The notes: generated from the sequence alone by a model not told the origin. 51,414 nucleotides of DNA from Gammaproteobacteria bacterium (GCA_007571315.1 RKRP01000133.1:1-51414); one strand, 5' to 3'; counted from the stretch's first letter, positions 1 through 9,578 are shown. Program-made: numbers and translations.

Positions 1-291
1 CTTGGCCCCCAGCGCCTGCCCAGGGTGGCGGCGCAGTTGGGCCGCTGGGTGGGTCAGGCGCGGCGAATGTCGCGCACGCTCATGTACCAGCTCCGTCAGG
101 AAGTGAACCTCGACGACCCCCGGCCGTTTGCGGCTGGCAGGCCGTCAACGCGGGCGGCGCGCGCGGGCAGCGTGAAAGCAAAGGCCAGCGCAGCAGGGGA
201 ACCGGATCAGGAAAAGGATGCCGAAGAGCCGCGAAAAGACTCTGGCGAGCCGGCTCAGGATGCCTCCGCCCAGGCCAAATCCAGTGAATAA
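1..291 (+). CDS. tatB: Sec-independent translocase subunit TatB (5' truncated by the window)
   Basis: Frame reads LGPQRLPRVAAQLGRWV, the TatB hinge and amphipathic helix; lies directly upstream of tatC. Confidence 0.85.
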   Translation, partial: LGPQRLPRVAAQLGRWVGQARRMSRTLMYQLRQEVNLDDPRPFAAGRPSTRAARAGSVKAKASAAGEPDQEKDAEEPRKDSGEPAQDASAQAKSSE

Positions 292-1066
292 CAAGCCGGG
301 GGAGCAGCGGGAAGAAGAGCGGGAGCAACTGGAAGAATCCAGCCTGCTGTCGCACCTGGTGGAACTCCGGTCCAGGCTGATGAAAGCCGCCGCCGCGGTG
401 CTGATCATTTTCATCGGTCTTGTGCCCTTCGCTCAGGAAGTTTTTACCTTGGTGGCGCAGCCGCTGATGAGCAAGTTGCCCGAAGGCGCCTCAATGATCG
501 CGACCCGGGTGGCTTCGCCGTTTTTGACCCCCTTCAAAACGGCGTTCTGGGTGGCGGTGTTCGCCGCCATGCCCATCGTTATCTACCAGGCATGGGCCTT
601 TGTAGCGCCAGGGCTGTACAAACGCGAGAAAAAAGTGGCGCTGCCGTTGGTGCTGTCCAGCATCGCGCTGTTTTATTCCGGCGCCGCGTTCGCTTTCTAC
701 GTGGTATTTCCGCTGATGTTCGGCTTCTTTACTGCCGCCACGCCGGAGGGCGTTGCGATGATGACCGATATTGGCGAGTACCTGGATTTCATTCTGGTGC
801 TGTTTTTCACCTTCGGAATTGCCTTTGAAGTGCCCATCGCCATACTCTTGCTGGTGGGCGCGGGGATCGTCAGCCCCAAATCGCTCAGCAGCAAGCGGCC
901 CTATGTTCTGTTGGGGGCCTTTACGCTGGGCATGCTACTCACGCCGCCCGACATGATTTCGCAAACACTTCTGGCGGTGCCGCTTTTTCTCCTGTACGAG
1001 GTTGGCATCATCATGTCGCGCGTGCTGTTGAGAAAGCGCGCCGCGAAACAGAACGCCTCAAGCTGA
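284..1066 (+). CDS. tatC: Twin-arginine translocase subunit TatC
   Basis: HLVELRSRL, FVAPGLYKREK, FEVP and LTPPD motifs; GTG start at 284 overlaps the tatB stop. Confidence 0.95.
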   Translation: MNNKPGEQREEEREQLEESSLLSHLVELRSRLMKAAAAVLIIFIGLVPFAQEVFTLVAQPLMSKLPEGASMIATRVASPFLTPFKTAFWVAVFAAMPIVIYQAWAFVAPGLYKREKKVALPLVLSSIALFYSGAAFAFYVVFPLMFGFFTAATPEGVAMMTDIGEYLDFILVLFFTFGIAFEVPIAILLLVGAGIVSPKSLSSKRPYVLLGAFTLGMLLTPPDMISQTLLAVPLFLLYEVGIIMSRVLLRKRAAKQNASS

Positions 1067-1086
1067 GCGGCTTTCGGGACAGCGCG

Positions 1087-1440
1087 CTAGTCGGCCGCCG
1101 GCAATACTCCGCTCAAGCCGTCGAAGCCGCGGTCCTGCAGTTCCTCGATTTGTTCGCGGGAAATCGTTTCCACGCGCTTGCCTGCGGTGGTGTTCTTAGC
1201 CTGCTCGCCCCGGCGCCGCACTCGATTGATGCGGGAACCGGTCACGTCTCGACGCTCCAGCGTGGACACATAGCCCCAGCCGCTCTTACGCTGGTCCTCC
1301 CGGGCGGCGGCAGCGGCCTCGGTTGCCGCGGGCGTGGTTTCCGGCTGCTGGGCGGCAGGAGCCCGTTGGGCGGACTGCTGGGCGGCGCAAGCGGCCAGGG
1401 CAAGGGTGAACCCGATGACAAGAAGTTTTTTCACGTGCAT
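1087..1440 (-). CDS. Putative lipoprotein, hypothetical
   Basis: Signal peptide with lipobox LAAC, Ala/Pro/Gln linker, C-terminal VTGSRI...VETISREQIE segment; GAGG upstream of the start. Confidence 0.7.
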   Translation of the reverse strand: MHVKKLLVIGFTLALAACAAQQSAQRAPAAQQPETTPAATEAAAAAREDQRKSGWGYVSTLERRDVTGSRINRVRRRGEQAKNTTAGKRVETISREQIEELQDRGFDGLSGVLPAAD

Positions 1441-1475
1441 TCCTCAATTTCGCGCCGCGAAGAATAGCACGATGC

Positions 1476-1922
1476 TCAGCGCGGTTTTTTTATTGGGCGA
1501 ACCGATGTTGCAAGCCGCGCCACGCTCAGCAACATATCTTCTTCGTTGGTTATGCGAATGTCCCACACATGCACCACACTGCCGGTGCGTATGGGGCGTG
1601 CCGTGCCGTACACGTATCCCGAGCGCGCCGGGCGGAGGTGGCTTAGGTTGATTTCCAGGCCAAGCACCTGGTATTCCCCCGGAGGCGTGCAGAGATAGGA
1701 AGACCAGCTTCCCACCGATTCCGCGAGAACGGCCGAGGCGCCGCCGTGCAGCAGGCCAAAGGGCTGTTGGGTGCGATGATCCACCGGCATGCGCGCGCGC
1801 AGGAAATCGTTGCCTATCTCGACCACTTCCACGCCCAGATGCCCCAGCATCCGGTTCTCTTCCATGGCATTCAACTGTTCGGGGCGGCTGAAAGCCTTGG
1901 GGTGCCATATGCGCCCGGACAC
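1476..1922 (-). CDS. Hotdog-fold thioesterase (PaaI/MenI/EntH-like)
   Basis: MPVDHRTQQPFGLLHGGASAVLAES and GLEINLSHLRP; GTG start overlaps the argH stop. Confidence 0.85.
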   Translation of the reverse strand: MSGRIWHPKAFSRPEQLNAMEENRMLGHLGVEVVEIGNDFLRARMPVDHRTQQPFGLLHGGASAVLAESVGSWSSYLCTPPGEYQVLGLEINLSHLRPARSGYVYGTARPIRTGSVVHVWDIRITNEEDMLLSVARLATSVRPIKKPR

Positions 1923-3112
1923 TATTCCTCCTGCTTCGCAACCTTGCGGTAGGCCTTGCGAAAACTGATGCCTTGCTCCGCAACCAGCCGGTTGGCTCGT
2001 TCGGCGGCCCGCAGGTCCGGCGCCGAGGCCAACTCCTCGCAGCGTTCGGGAACAAAGCGCAAGCCGCGCACTATACGGCATATTACGGCGCAACTCTCGC
2101 CGGTCAGATCGATGCCCCGGAACAACGGCGCCTTGATGCGCTGAAGGTCGCGCTGGTATCCGGAGGGCAGGGAAGCCGGCGCCCCCAGCACTTCCAGCAG
2201 GCAGCCCCGCACCGCAGCTCCTGCGCCTCGAACCAGCTCCAGCGCATCCGGATTACGCTTCTGGGGCATGATGGAAGAACCGGTGGTTACCTCATCCGCC
2301 AGACGAACCAGCGAGAATTCCCGCGTATAGAACAGCAGCAGGTCGCTGGCCAGACGACCGAGATCCTGCATCAGCAAGGCGCATTCGAACAGCAGCCCCG
2401 CCTCAGCTTTGCCGCGCGAGAGCTGCACCGAAGTGACCGGCGCCTGCACTTCGGCAAATCCCAGGCGGGCGCGCGTTTGTTCCCGGTCAATATTCAGCCC
2501 CGGCGCGCCGAAACCCGCGCCGCTGCCGAGCGGATTGCGGTCCATGCGCCGAACGGCTCCGGCCAAACCCGCGGCATCGTCGCGCAGCTCCCCGACAAAG
2601 CCGCATGCCCACAGTCCTACGCTGATGGGCATGGCGGGCTGCATGTGCGTATAGCCGGGCAAGGGCAAGCGGCCCTGGCGCGCGTTCAGGCCGTCCAGTT
2701 CATCCGCCACGGCGTTGGCGGCCCGCCGCAGGTCAAAAGCCGCATCCTTGAGATACAGCCGCAAGGCCGCCAGCACCTGATCGTTGCGGGAGCGTCCCAG
2801 ATGAACGCGCCCGCCGGCCTCGCCTATGCGCGCCGTCAGGCGCCGCTCCAGCGCGGTATGCGCATCTTCCTCTTCCAGGGAGATGGCCCATTCTCCGGCC
2901 GCGTGCTCTTTGCCCAACGCCTCCAGGCCGTCCGCGATTGCGGCCTTGTCCTGATCCGACAGATAGCCCGCCGCATGCAGCATCGCGGCGTGGGCAATCG
3001 AAGCCCGCACGTCGTACGCCACCAGCCGGGAATCCAGCCGATGATCCTCGCCCGCCGTATAGCGCAGCACGGTCTCGTCGAGCTGCCCGCCCTTGTCCCA
3101 CAGCCGGGTCAT
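1922..3112 (-). CDS. argH: Argininosuccinate lyase (short type)
   Basis: LWDKG, HLGRSRNDQ, PGYTHMQPA and GSSIMPQKRNPD signature. Confidence 0.95.
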   Translation of the reverse strand: MTRLWDKGGQLDETVLRYTAGEDHRLDSRLVAYDVRASIAHAAMLHAAGYLSDQDKAAIADGLEALGKEHAAGEWAISLEEEDAHTALERRLTARIGEAGGRVHLGRSRNDQVLAALRLYLKDAAFDLRRAANAVADELDGLNARQGRLPLPGYTHMQPAMPISVGLWACGFVGELRDDAAGLAGAVRRMDRNPLGSGAGFGAPGLNIDREQTRARLGFAEVQAPVTSVQLSRGKAEAGLLFECALLMQDLGRLASDLLLFYTREFSLVRLADEVTTGSSIMPQKRNPDALELVRGAGAAVRGCLLEVLGAPASLPSGYQRDLQRIKAPLFRGIDLTGESCAVICRIVRGLRFVPERCEELASAPDLRAAERANRLVAEQGISFRKAYRKVAKQEE

Positions 3113-4047
3113 TGCCTGCCGGCCTCCTGCTCGGCAGTCGATAGCGCGTCAATGCTGCGCACCACCAGGGTCCCGCAACCCTCGTTGGTGAACACCTCGC
3201 GCAGCAGAGCGTCCTGGGTGCTTCCGGAAACCAGGTGGACGCGCGGCACGCCCCCCTTGATCGCGGCTTCGATAGCCATTGCCTTGGGAAGCATGCCGTT
3301 GGCCAGCGCTCCCTCCGCGCGCAGTTTGCGCAAGCCGGCGAGGTCCAGGTAGGACAAAAGCGTGGAAGCATCCGAGCGGTCCGAAAGAATGCCTGGCGCG
3401 GCCATGGTGAGCACCAGTTTCTCGGCCTGCAGGGCTGTTGCCAACGCCGCGGCAACCGTATCGGCATTGATATTGAGAAGTCCGCCCCCGGAGTCCGCCG
3501 AGAGCGGACTTACGATGGGCAAAAAGCGTTTCTCCAAAAGCATTTTCAGCACTGCCGGGTCCACATTTTGGATATCGCCCACAAAGCCGAAATCCACTGG
3601 CTCCTCGCCTGCGCCTTCCACCTTTACCGGCGGGCGGCGGCGGGCCACAATCAGACCCGCGTCCACTCCGGACAGCCCAACGGCTGGAACGCCGCATGAG
3701 CGGCAGGCGGCGAGCAGCCGGGTATTGACCTCGCCGTTCAGCACACAGGCAGCCACCTTAAGGTCTTCGGCCCCGGTTACGCGGCGCCCGGCCACCATGC
3801 GCGCCTTGTGTTTCAGCCGGGTGGCCAATTCGGTTGATTGCGGGCCGCCCCCGTGCACGATTAGCACGCGAACTCCAAGGGCTTGCAGCACCGCCGCCTG
3901 TTCCACCAGCGCCTCAATGCGGCTGGCCCGGCTCAGCACCTCGCCGCCCAGCTTGACCACAAACACGCGGTCCCGGTAGAGGCGCAGGTACGGCGCGGCG
4001 GCGCGCAGCGCGCCGAATCCCGCGCCGCTTGGCCGCTTGCGGTTCAC
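3109..4047 (-). CDS. argB: Acetylglutamate kinase
   Basis: VVKLGG, VHGGGPQ, NINAD and GMLPK motifs; GTG start overlaps the upstream TGA. Confidence 0.92.
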   Translation of the reverse strand: MNRKRPSGAGFGALRAAAPYLRLYRDRVFVVKLGGEVLSRASRIEALVEQAAVLQALGVRVLIVHGGGPQSTELATRLKHKARMVAGRRVTGAEDLKVAACVLNGEVNTRLLAACRSCGVPAVGLSGVDAGLIVARRRPPVKVEGAGEEPVDFGFVGDIQNVDPAVLKMLLEKRFLPIVSPLSADSGGGLLNINADTVAAALATALQAEKLVLTMAAPGILSDRSDASTLLSYLDLAGLRKLRAEGALANGMLPKAMAIEAAIKGGVPRVHLVSGSTQDALLREVFTNEGCGTLVVRSIDALSTAEQEAGRQ

Positions 4048-5060
4048 AATCCCGGCCCCAGCATGGCGTAAAGAACAGCCATCTGCACCCACATTCGATT
4101 GCGGGCTTCCGCCACCACCACGCTGCGCGGGCCATCCAGCACCGCCTCGCTCACCACCACATTGCGGCGAACCGGCAGACAGTGCATAAACCGGCAGTTG
4201 GTTTCGGCGGGCTGGAACCAGGGCTCGTCCACGCACCAGTCCTCGTGCTGGTTGCGCAGCTGATAGTCGGAATGCTTGTCGCCGTAGTGGCGCGTCGAAC
4301 TCCAGGACTTGGCATAAACCACATGGGCGCCATCCAGCGCCTCGGACCGGTTATCCGTTTCCTGAACGGAACCGCCGAAGCGCTCGGCCAGCCGCCTGGC
4401 CTTGTTCATAACCACGTCCGGCAGCTCAAACCCGCCGGGCCGCAACACGGTTACGTCCATGCCGCGCATGGCTGCCATCTGGATCGTGGCCGCCGGAACC
4501 GCCAGCGGCAGCGCCAGCGGGTGATAGGCCCAACTGAGCACAAACTTGCCCGCGGACACGGGAATGTCCAGGTCGTCCATCGTCTTCCAGTCCGCCAGGC
4601 TCTGGCAAGGGTGGTTGATCGCCGATTCCATGTTGATCAGCGGTGTCGAGACCAGTTCCGCAAGGCCGCGATACTCCCGGTCCTCCAGATCCTCCGTCAG
4701 GTTGCGCCCCTCGGCGAAAGCGCGCAGGCCCAATGCATCGCCGTACGACGCGATTACCGGCACCGCCTCCCGAACATGCTCCGCAGCGGCGCCGTCCATG
4801 ACGATTCCCGGCCGGGTTTCCAGCCCGTGAATCGACATCTCCGGCGAGATTACGAAGGCGCCGCCGCCCAGCCGCGTCATGGAAGCCTGAAACGAGGCCA
4901 GAGTTCGAAGCGAGGGGTTTAGAAACAGCAGCGAAAGAACCTTGCCTTTGAGCGCCTCCGGTTCAGGATGCCGCTCAAGGCGGTTCGATAGCGCCAGCAG
5001 CGCCGATATTTCTTCGGTCGAAAAATCGGCCAGATCATCGAATCGTTTTATTTCACTCAT
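4044..5060 (-). CDS. argF': N-acyl(acetyl/succinyl)-ornithine carbamoyltransferase ArgF'
   Basis: SLRT carbamoyl-phosphate motif, MDG...EH loop, HPCQ, LSWAYHP and HCLPVRRN as in AOTCase/SOTCase rather than classical OTC. Confidence 0.9.
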   Translation of the reverse strand: MSEIKRFDDLADFSTEEISALLALSNRLERHPEPEALKGKVLSLLFLNPSLRTLASFQASMTRLGGGAFVISPEMSIHGLETRPGIVMDGAAAEHVREAVPVIASYGDALGLRAFAEGRNLTEDLEDREYRGLAELVSTPLINMESAINHPCQSLADWKTMDDLDIPVSAGKFVLSWAYHPLALPLAVPAATIQMAAMRGMDVTVLRPGGFELPDVVMNKARRLAERFGGSVQETDNRSEALDGAHVVYAKSWSSTRHYGDKHSDYQLRNQHEDWCVDEPWFQPAETNCRFMHCLPVRRNVVVSEAVLDGPRSVVVAEARNRMWVQMAVLYAMLGPGL

Positions 5061-6261
5061 CGGACTGCTCCCGGTAAACGCCAGGTTGGTGAAGGGTAGC
5101 GGCCAGCGCGGCTGCTTCATTCTCGTGAAGGTTCAGCGGCGGCATAAGGCGCAGCCAGCCCGGCACCGCGCTGGCGCCCGTGAGGATGTTGGCGTCAAGC
5201 AGCCGGTCCCGCGCCGCGCTGGCGCTGCTGTTGCATTTAAGGCCCAGCAGCAAACCTCGGCCCTGTATCGCCTCGACCGGGCCCTGAAGGCAAGTAGCGC
5301 GTATTTGCCGCTCGCGCTCCGCCGCCCTTGCGGGAAGCTGCTCCTCATGCATCGCTTCCAGCACCGCTTCGACCGCGGCGCAAGCCAGCGGGCCGCCCCC
5401 AAAGGTGCTGCCGAGATCGCCCGTGCCGAGCTGCGCGGCGCAATCCTCGCGCATCAGCAGCGCTGCGCAAGGAAAGCCTGCCCCCAGGGACTTGGCAGTG
5501 GTGAGCATGTCGGGCGTCACGCCAGCGTGCGAAACAGCGAAGGGCAAGCCGCTGCGGCCCATTCCACATTGCACTTCGTCGGCAATGAAGAAGGCGCCGC
5601 AGGCATCGCAGGCGGCGCGCGCCGCAACCAGCACCTCGTTGGCTATGGGGTAAGCGCCCCCCAAACCCTGTATGGGCTCCAGTATGACGGCGGCCGTTTC
5701 CTGGTCGATCATTGCGGCAACGGCTGCGGAATCGTCACGCGGCGCAAACACCACGTCGAACGGCGTTTGGGGAAAGCCGTACCAACGGTACGCGCCCCAA
5801 CTGACCGCGGCGGCGGCGGCCGTGCGTCCATGAAATCCGTGCTGAAGAGCAACAACCCGGGAGCGCCCCGTAAGCTGGCAGGCCACACGCAGGGCATTCT
5901 CATTGGCTTCCGCTCCTGAATTCACGAAAAACACCCGGCTCAATCCGTCAGGAGCGAACTCGGCCAGTTTTTCAGCGGCCCGCGCCCGCACCCTCAGCGC
6001 CATTGCATTGCTGGCGAATAACAGCTCGCCGGCCTGCCGCCTGAGGGCTGCCAGCAGGCGTGGATGACCGTATCCCAGGGCGCAAACGGCGTGCCCTCCG
6101 TACAGGTCCAGCAGCCTGCGGCCGTCAGCGCAGATCAGGTAGGCGCCCTCGCCGGCAACCACCTCGAACGGGAACTGGGCATACACCTGCGCCAAATGGG
6201 CCGCTTCCAGGCGGCGCGCGTCGTCGAGAGCGTCTGGCGCCTGTTGCGCGTTCATGTCCAT
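5053..6261 (-). CDS. argD: Acetylornithine/succinylornithine aminotransferase (class III PLP)
   Basis: NSGAEANE, FHGRT, EPIQG, DEVQCGMGR, AKSLG and STFGG motifs; operon context. Confidence 0.9.
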   Translation of the reverse strand: MDMNAQQAPDALDDARRLEAAHLAQVYAQFPFEVVAGEGAYLICADGRRLLDLYGGHAVCALGYGHPRLLAALRRQAGELLFASNAMALRVRARAAEKLAEFAPDGLSRVFFVNSGAEANENALRVACQLTGRSRVVALQHGFHGRTAAAAAVSWGAYRWYGFPQTPFDVVFAPRDDSAAVAAMIDQETAAVILEPIQGLGGAYPIANEVLVAARAACDACGAFFIADEVQCGMGRSGLPFAVSHAGVTPDMLTTAKSLGAGFPCAALLMREDCAAQLGTGDLGSTFGGGPLACAAVEAVLEAMHEEQLPARAAERERQIRATCLQGPVEAIQGRGLLLGLKCNSSASAARDRLLDANILTGASAVPGWLRLMPPLNLHENEAAALAATLHQPGVYREQSDE

Positions 6262-7301
6262 GCCGGCCCCGGCGCGGTCAAACCGGCCGTTTCATCGAAT
6301 CCGTACAGGCGGTTGGCCCATTGCACCGCTCCGCCGGCCGCGCCCTTCACCAGGTTGTCCAGCACCACGAAAACCGCCACCGAGCCGCCATCGACGGCGA
6401 TTGAAATATGCGCATGATTGCTGCCCACCACATTCTTGAGTCGTGGAGGCGTGTCCGTTAAATGCACAAACGGCGCATCGCCGTAACTCTGCTCGAAGGC
6501 GTTTTTGACCTGCCGCTCGCTTACCGAGGGTTTGAGGCCGGCCTGCATCGTAAGGTGGATTCCGCGCGCGAACGGCCCCGAATGCGGAACGAACCGCAAT
6601 TGCGGACGTTGCCCGCTTACCGCCTCGCAGATCTCTTCCACCTCCGGCGCGTGACGGTGCCGCAGCGGCCGGTAAGCAAACAGGTTGGAATGGCGGAGAG
6701 GGTGATGAGTGGTTGGCAGCGGCTGCTTGCCTGCCCCGGTGCTGCCGGTTACGCCGCTGGCGAAAAGCAGGGTGTTGGCGAGCTCGAAGCGCATCAGGGG
6801 CACGGACGCGAGCAGCAAGGCGCTGGCGAAGCACCCGGGGTGCCCCGCATGCGGGGTGTCCGCTTGCGCCCGATGCTCCGGCAGGGCGCAGCAAAACTTC
6901 GGCAACAGCTCCGGCGCGCCGTGCGCGGTCCCGTAAACCTGCTCATAGGCTTGGGCGGTGGCGTAGCGGAAGTCGGCCGAAACATCCACGATCCGAACTT
7001 CGGAGCCGCGCTTTCCGGCGAGTTTCAGGACATGGGCGACCAGCCCTGCGCTGGCCCCGTGCGGCGCGCAGGAAAAAACGGCGCAAGGCTGGCGCAGCGC
7101 TTCCTCCAGTTCGGCCAGGGAACAAAAACGAGAATCGGGCCAGAGGCCGGTGAGATTGGGAAATACGGATTCCACCGTGGCGCCCGCATTGCTCTGCGAT
7201 ACTGCCGCCGCCACCCGGAACTCCGGATGGGCGGCAAGAATGCGCAGGAGTTCGCCGGCCACATAGCCCGAAGCTCCCAGCACTACAGCGGGAATGCTCA
7301 T
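6252..7301 (-). CDS. argC: N-acetyl-gamma-glutamyl-phosphate reductase
   Basis: GASGYVAGEL, DVSADFR, PGCF, HRHAPE and DNLVKGAAG. Confidence 0.95.
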   Translation of the reverse strand: MSIPAVVLGASGYVAGELLRILAAHPEFRVAAAVSQSNAGATVESVFPNLTGLWPDSRFCSLAELEEALRQPCAVFSCAPHGASAGLVAHVLKLAGKRGSEVRIVDVSADFRYATAQAYEQVYGTAHGAPELLPKFCCALPEHRAQADTPHAGHPGCFASALLLASVPLMRFELANTLLFASGVTGSTGAGKQPLPTTHHPLRHSNLFAYRPLRHRHAPEVEEICEAVSGQRPQLRFVPHSGPFARGIHLTMQAGLKPSVSERQVKNAFEQSYGDAPFVHLTDTPPRLKNVVGSNHAHISIAVDGGSVAVFVVLDNLVKGAAGGAVQWANRLYGFDETAGLTAPGPAWT

Positions 7302-8359
7302 TGTTGCTTCAGCCCCAGTCTGCGGACCACGAACTTGCCCAGGTCCGCGCTGTGGGTGATAGCGTTGTAGCCGGGCGCGCCAACACGTTGGCGCAGGATG
7401 TCGAGCCCTACCTGGTTGTCGGTGGCGGGGCCGGTAACGGCGGCCACCTCGATTCCGAATTGCTCCTTCAGGAGGACGGTGCCGCCCCAGGCGGCAACGG
7501 GGTCGCTGGCGCACAGCAGCAGGCAGCTAATGGAGGAGCGTATGTTTTCATCCGCCAGGATAGCCTCCACGCCGTAGGCGCCGAGTATGCCGTCGCCCAG
7601 CTCGAAAACAATCGCGTCGGGCCCAGCGGCCGCCATTCGCCGCAGCATGGCCCGCACCAGGCGGGGCGCATTGCGGGGCGCGGTGCTGACTACCCCGAAA
7701 TCAGTGAAAATCGCGGTATTGCGCGCGCCCGCGTCCTCCATGGCCAGAATATCGCGGCGCAGCGCCACTCCGGTGGCCTTGAAAGCGTCCACCACATAGC
7801 CTTCATGCCGCAGGCGGCCGACGATGGCGCAGGCGGCGGCCGTCTTTCCGGAATTCATGGTGGTGCCGGCCAGAGCCACCACCGGCGCGCCGCCCAGGTC
7901 CAGGTTGCCGGAATCCTCCGGCGGCAGCGCTTCACCGCCTACCCGCGCAGGTATCCCAACGCGCTCGCCCAGATAGGGGAACTCCAGCACTACCCCCAGC
8001 ACGCGGGCATCGAAGGGCGGCCCCATGGTGGCGTTTCCCGAATCGCACACACCCAGCACGCCGCCTATGTTGAGCAACTGCAGCACATCGCCGGGCCGGA
8101 CCGATTCCGGCACGTGCCCCGCGTAGCCGAACAGGGCTTTCCTGTGGCCCAGGGCGCCTACCACAACGTCTCCATTGCGCACGCGAGCCATGCGGCCGCT
8201 GGCCAGCTCCAGCCGGTTGTAGGACGACTTGTCGTTGAGCATCTCCACCGCAACGAGCACGCCTTCCTCGCTGGGAATCTCGTTGCCCACCCGGATTTCG
8301 CGCTCAAGCTCCAGGCCGGAAGCAACCGAGGCAAGCTTATCGACGATCACGCTACGCAT
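7298..8359 (-). CDS. DUF1611/DgcN-like P-loop protein inside the arg operon
   Basis: GTTMNSGKT P-loop, KATG, ELGDG and GPATDN motifs; overlaps both argG and argC; family assigned from motif memory. Confidence 0.65.
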   Translation of the reverse strand: MRSVIVDKLASVASGLELEREIRVGNEIPSEEGVLVAVEMLNDKSSYNRLELASGRMARVRNGDVVVGALGHRKALFGYAGHVPESVRPGDVLQLLNIGGVLGVCDSGNATMGPPFDARVLGVVLEFPYLGERVGIPARVGGEALPPEDSGNLDLGGAPVVALAGTTMNSGKTAAACAIVGRLRHEGYVVDAFKATGVALRRDILAMEDAGARNTAIFTDFGVVSTAPRNAPRLVRAMLRRMAAAGPDAIVFELGDGILGAYGVEAILADENIRSSISCLLLCASDPVAAWGGTVLLKEQFGIEVAAVTGPATDNQVGLDILRQRVGAPGYNAITHSADLGKFVVRRLGLKQQ

Positions 8360-9578
8360 GACCACCGCCTTTTTTTGCTGAAGCCGCTACCCGGCTGTGC
8401 AGCAGGCCGGGCAGCGACAGCACCCGGGCTGCGCCGAGCGCGTCGCGCGGGGTCCATTCTCCGGCGGATTCGCCGTACACGCCGCGGGTGGCCGCAAGCA
8501 GGGAGTGGTCCGATTCCACCCCCTTGATCCAGACGCTTCCCGGCCGCAGCGTCAGGTGGACACGGCCGCTCACAAATTGCTGAGAACTGTCGAAGAAGGC
8601 CTCGATGTTGCGGCACACCGGATCAAGCTGTTTGCCCTCGTGCACCAGGTCGCCATACACAGCCGCCAGCGTGTCCTTCACGCGCAGCTGAGCCGCTCCC
8701 AATGTGAGCTTCTCCAGTTCGCGGTGGGCGGTAAGCAGCACCTCCGCGGCCGGCGCCTCATAGGCCACGCGGCCCTTGGCGCCGAGGATGGTGTCGCCTA
8801 AGTGGATGCCCCTGCCGATGCCGAACCGCGCGCCAGCCGCCTCCACCGCCTCGATCAATTCCACCGGCGGCAGCCGCCGGCCATCCCAGCGCGCTGGCAC
8901 GCCAGCCTTGAACTCCAGTTCATGCTGCTCTTCCGCAAGCGGTTTCTCCAGCGCCCCTGCGGACAGCACCCATGCGGATTCGGGTATCGAATCCGCCGAG
9001 GTGAGGGTTTCCCTGCCGCCAATGGTTGCGCCCCACAGGCCGCGATTGATCGAATAATCGCCGCCCGCTGGAATTTCCGGAGCGTTGCGCTGCCTTAGGT
9101 ATTCCAGTTGCGTTTTGCGCTGAAGCGACTCGTCGCGGACCGGCGCCAGCACCGTAATTTCCGGCGCCAGGGCGCGCATGGCCATCTCGAACCGGAACTG
9201 ATCGTTGCCTGCCGCGGTGCAGCCGTGCGCCACCGTATCGCTGCCCAGTTCGCTGGCGGCGCGGGCCAGAAAGCGCGCTTGTATGCCGCGCTCGGCGCCC
9301 ACGCACAACGGATAGCTCTGGCCTCGGCGCACATTGCCCGCGATCAGATGCCGGATCACCTGGTCGAAGAACTGCGGGCGCGCTTCCACCAGCAGGTGGC
9401 GCCGGGCGCCCAGCGCCAGGGCGCGCTGCTCCAGCTCGGCGGCATCCTCGGAACTGATGCCGCCGGTGTTGACTGTGAGGGTCACTACCGGCCGCTGGTG
9501 CTTCTCGCTGAGCCAGGGCACGCAAAACGAAGTGTCCAGTCCGCCGGAAAAAGCCAGCACGATGGGTGAATTGCTCAT
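8352..9578 (-). CDS. argG: Argininosuccinate synthase
   Basis: LAFSGGLDTS, HGCTAAGNDQFRFE and KGRVAYEAPAA. Confidence 0.95.
   Translation of the reverse strand: MSNSPIVLAFSGGLDTSFCVPWLSEKHQRPVVTLTVNTGGISSEDAAELEQRALALGARRHLLVEARPQFFDQVIRHLIAGNVRRGQSYPLCVGAERGIQARFLARAASELGSDTVAHGCTAAGNDQFRFEMAMRALAPEITVLAPVRDESLQRKTQLEYLRQRNAPEIPAGGDYSINRGLWGATIGGRETLTSADSIPESAWVLSAGALEKPLAEEQHELEFKAGVPARWDGRRLPPVELIEAVEAAGARFGIGRGIHLGDTILGAKGRVAYEAPAAEVLLTAHRELEKLTLGAAQLRVKDTLAAVYGDLVHEGKQLDPVCRNIEAFFDSSQQFVSGRVHLTLRPGSVWIKGVESDHSLLAATRGVYGESAGEWTPRDALGAARVLSLPGLLHSRVAASAKKGGGHA

Noticed and set aside
1973-3352. Long antisense ORFs (this one, 7301-8527, 22422-23777, 30269-31675, 45511-47541 and others)
   Set aside because: Shadow frames opposite well-supported genes, expected at high GC.
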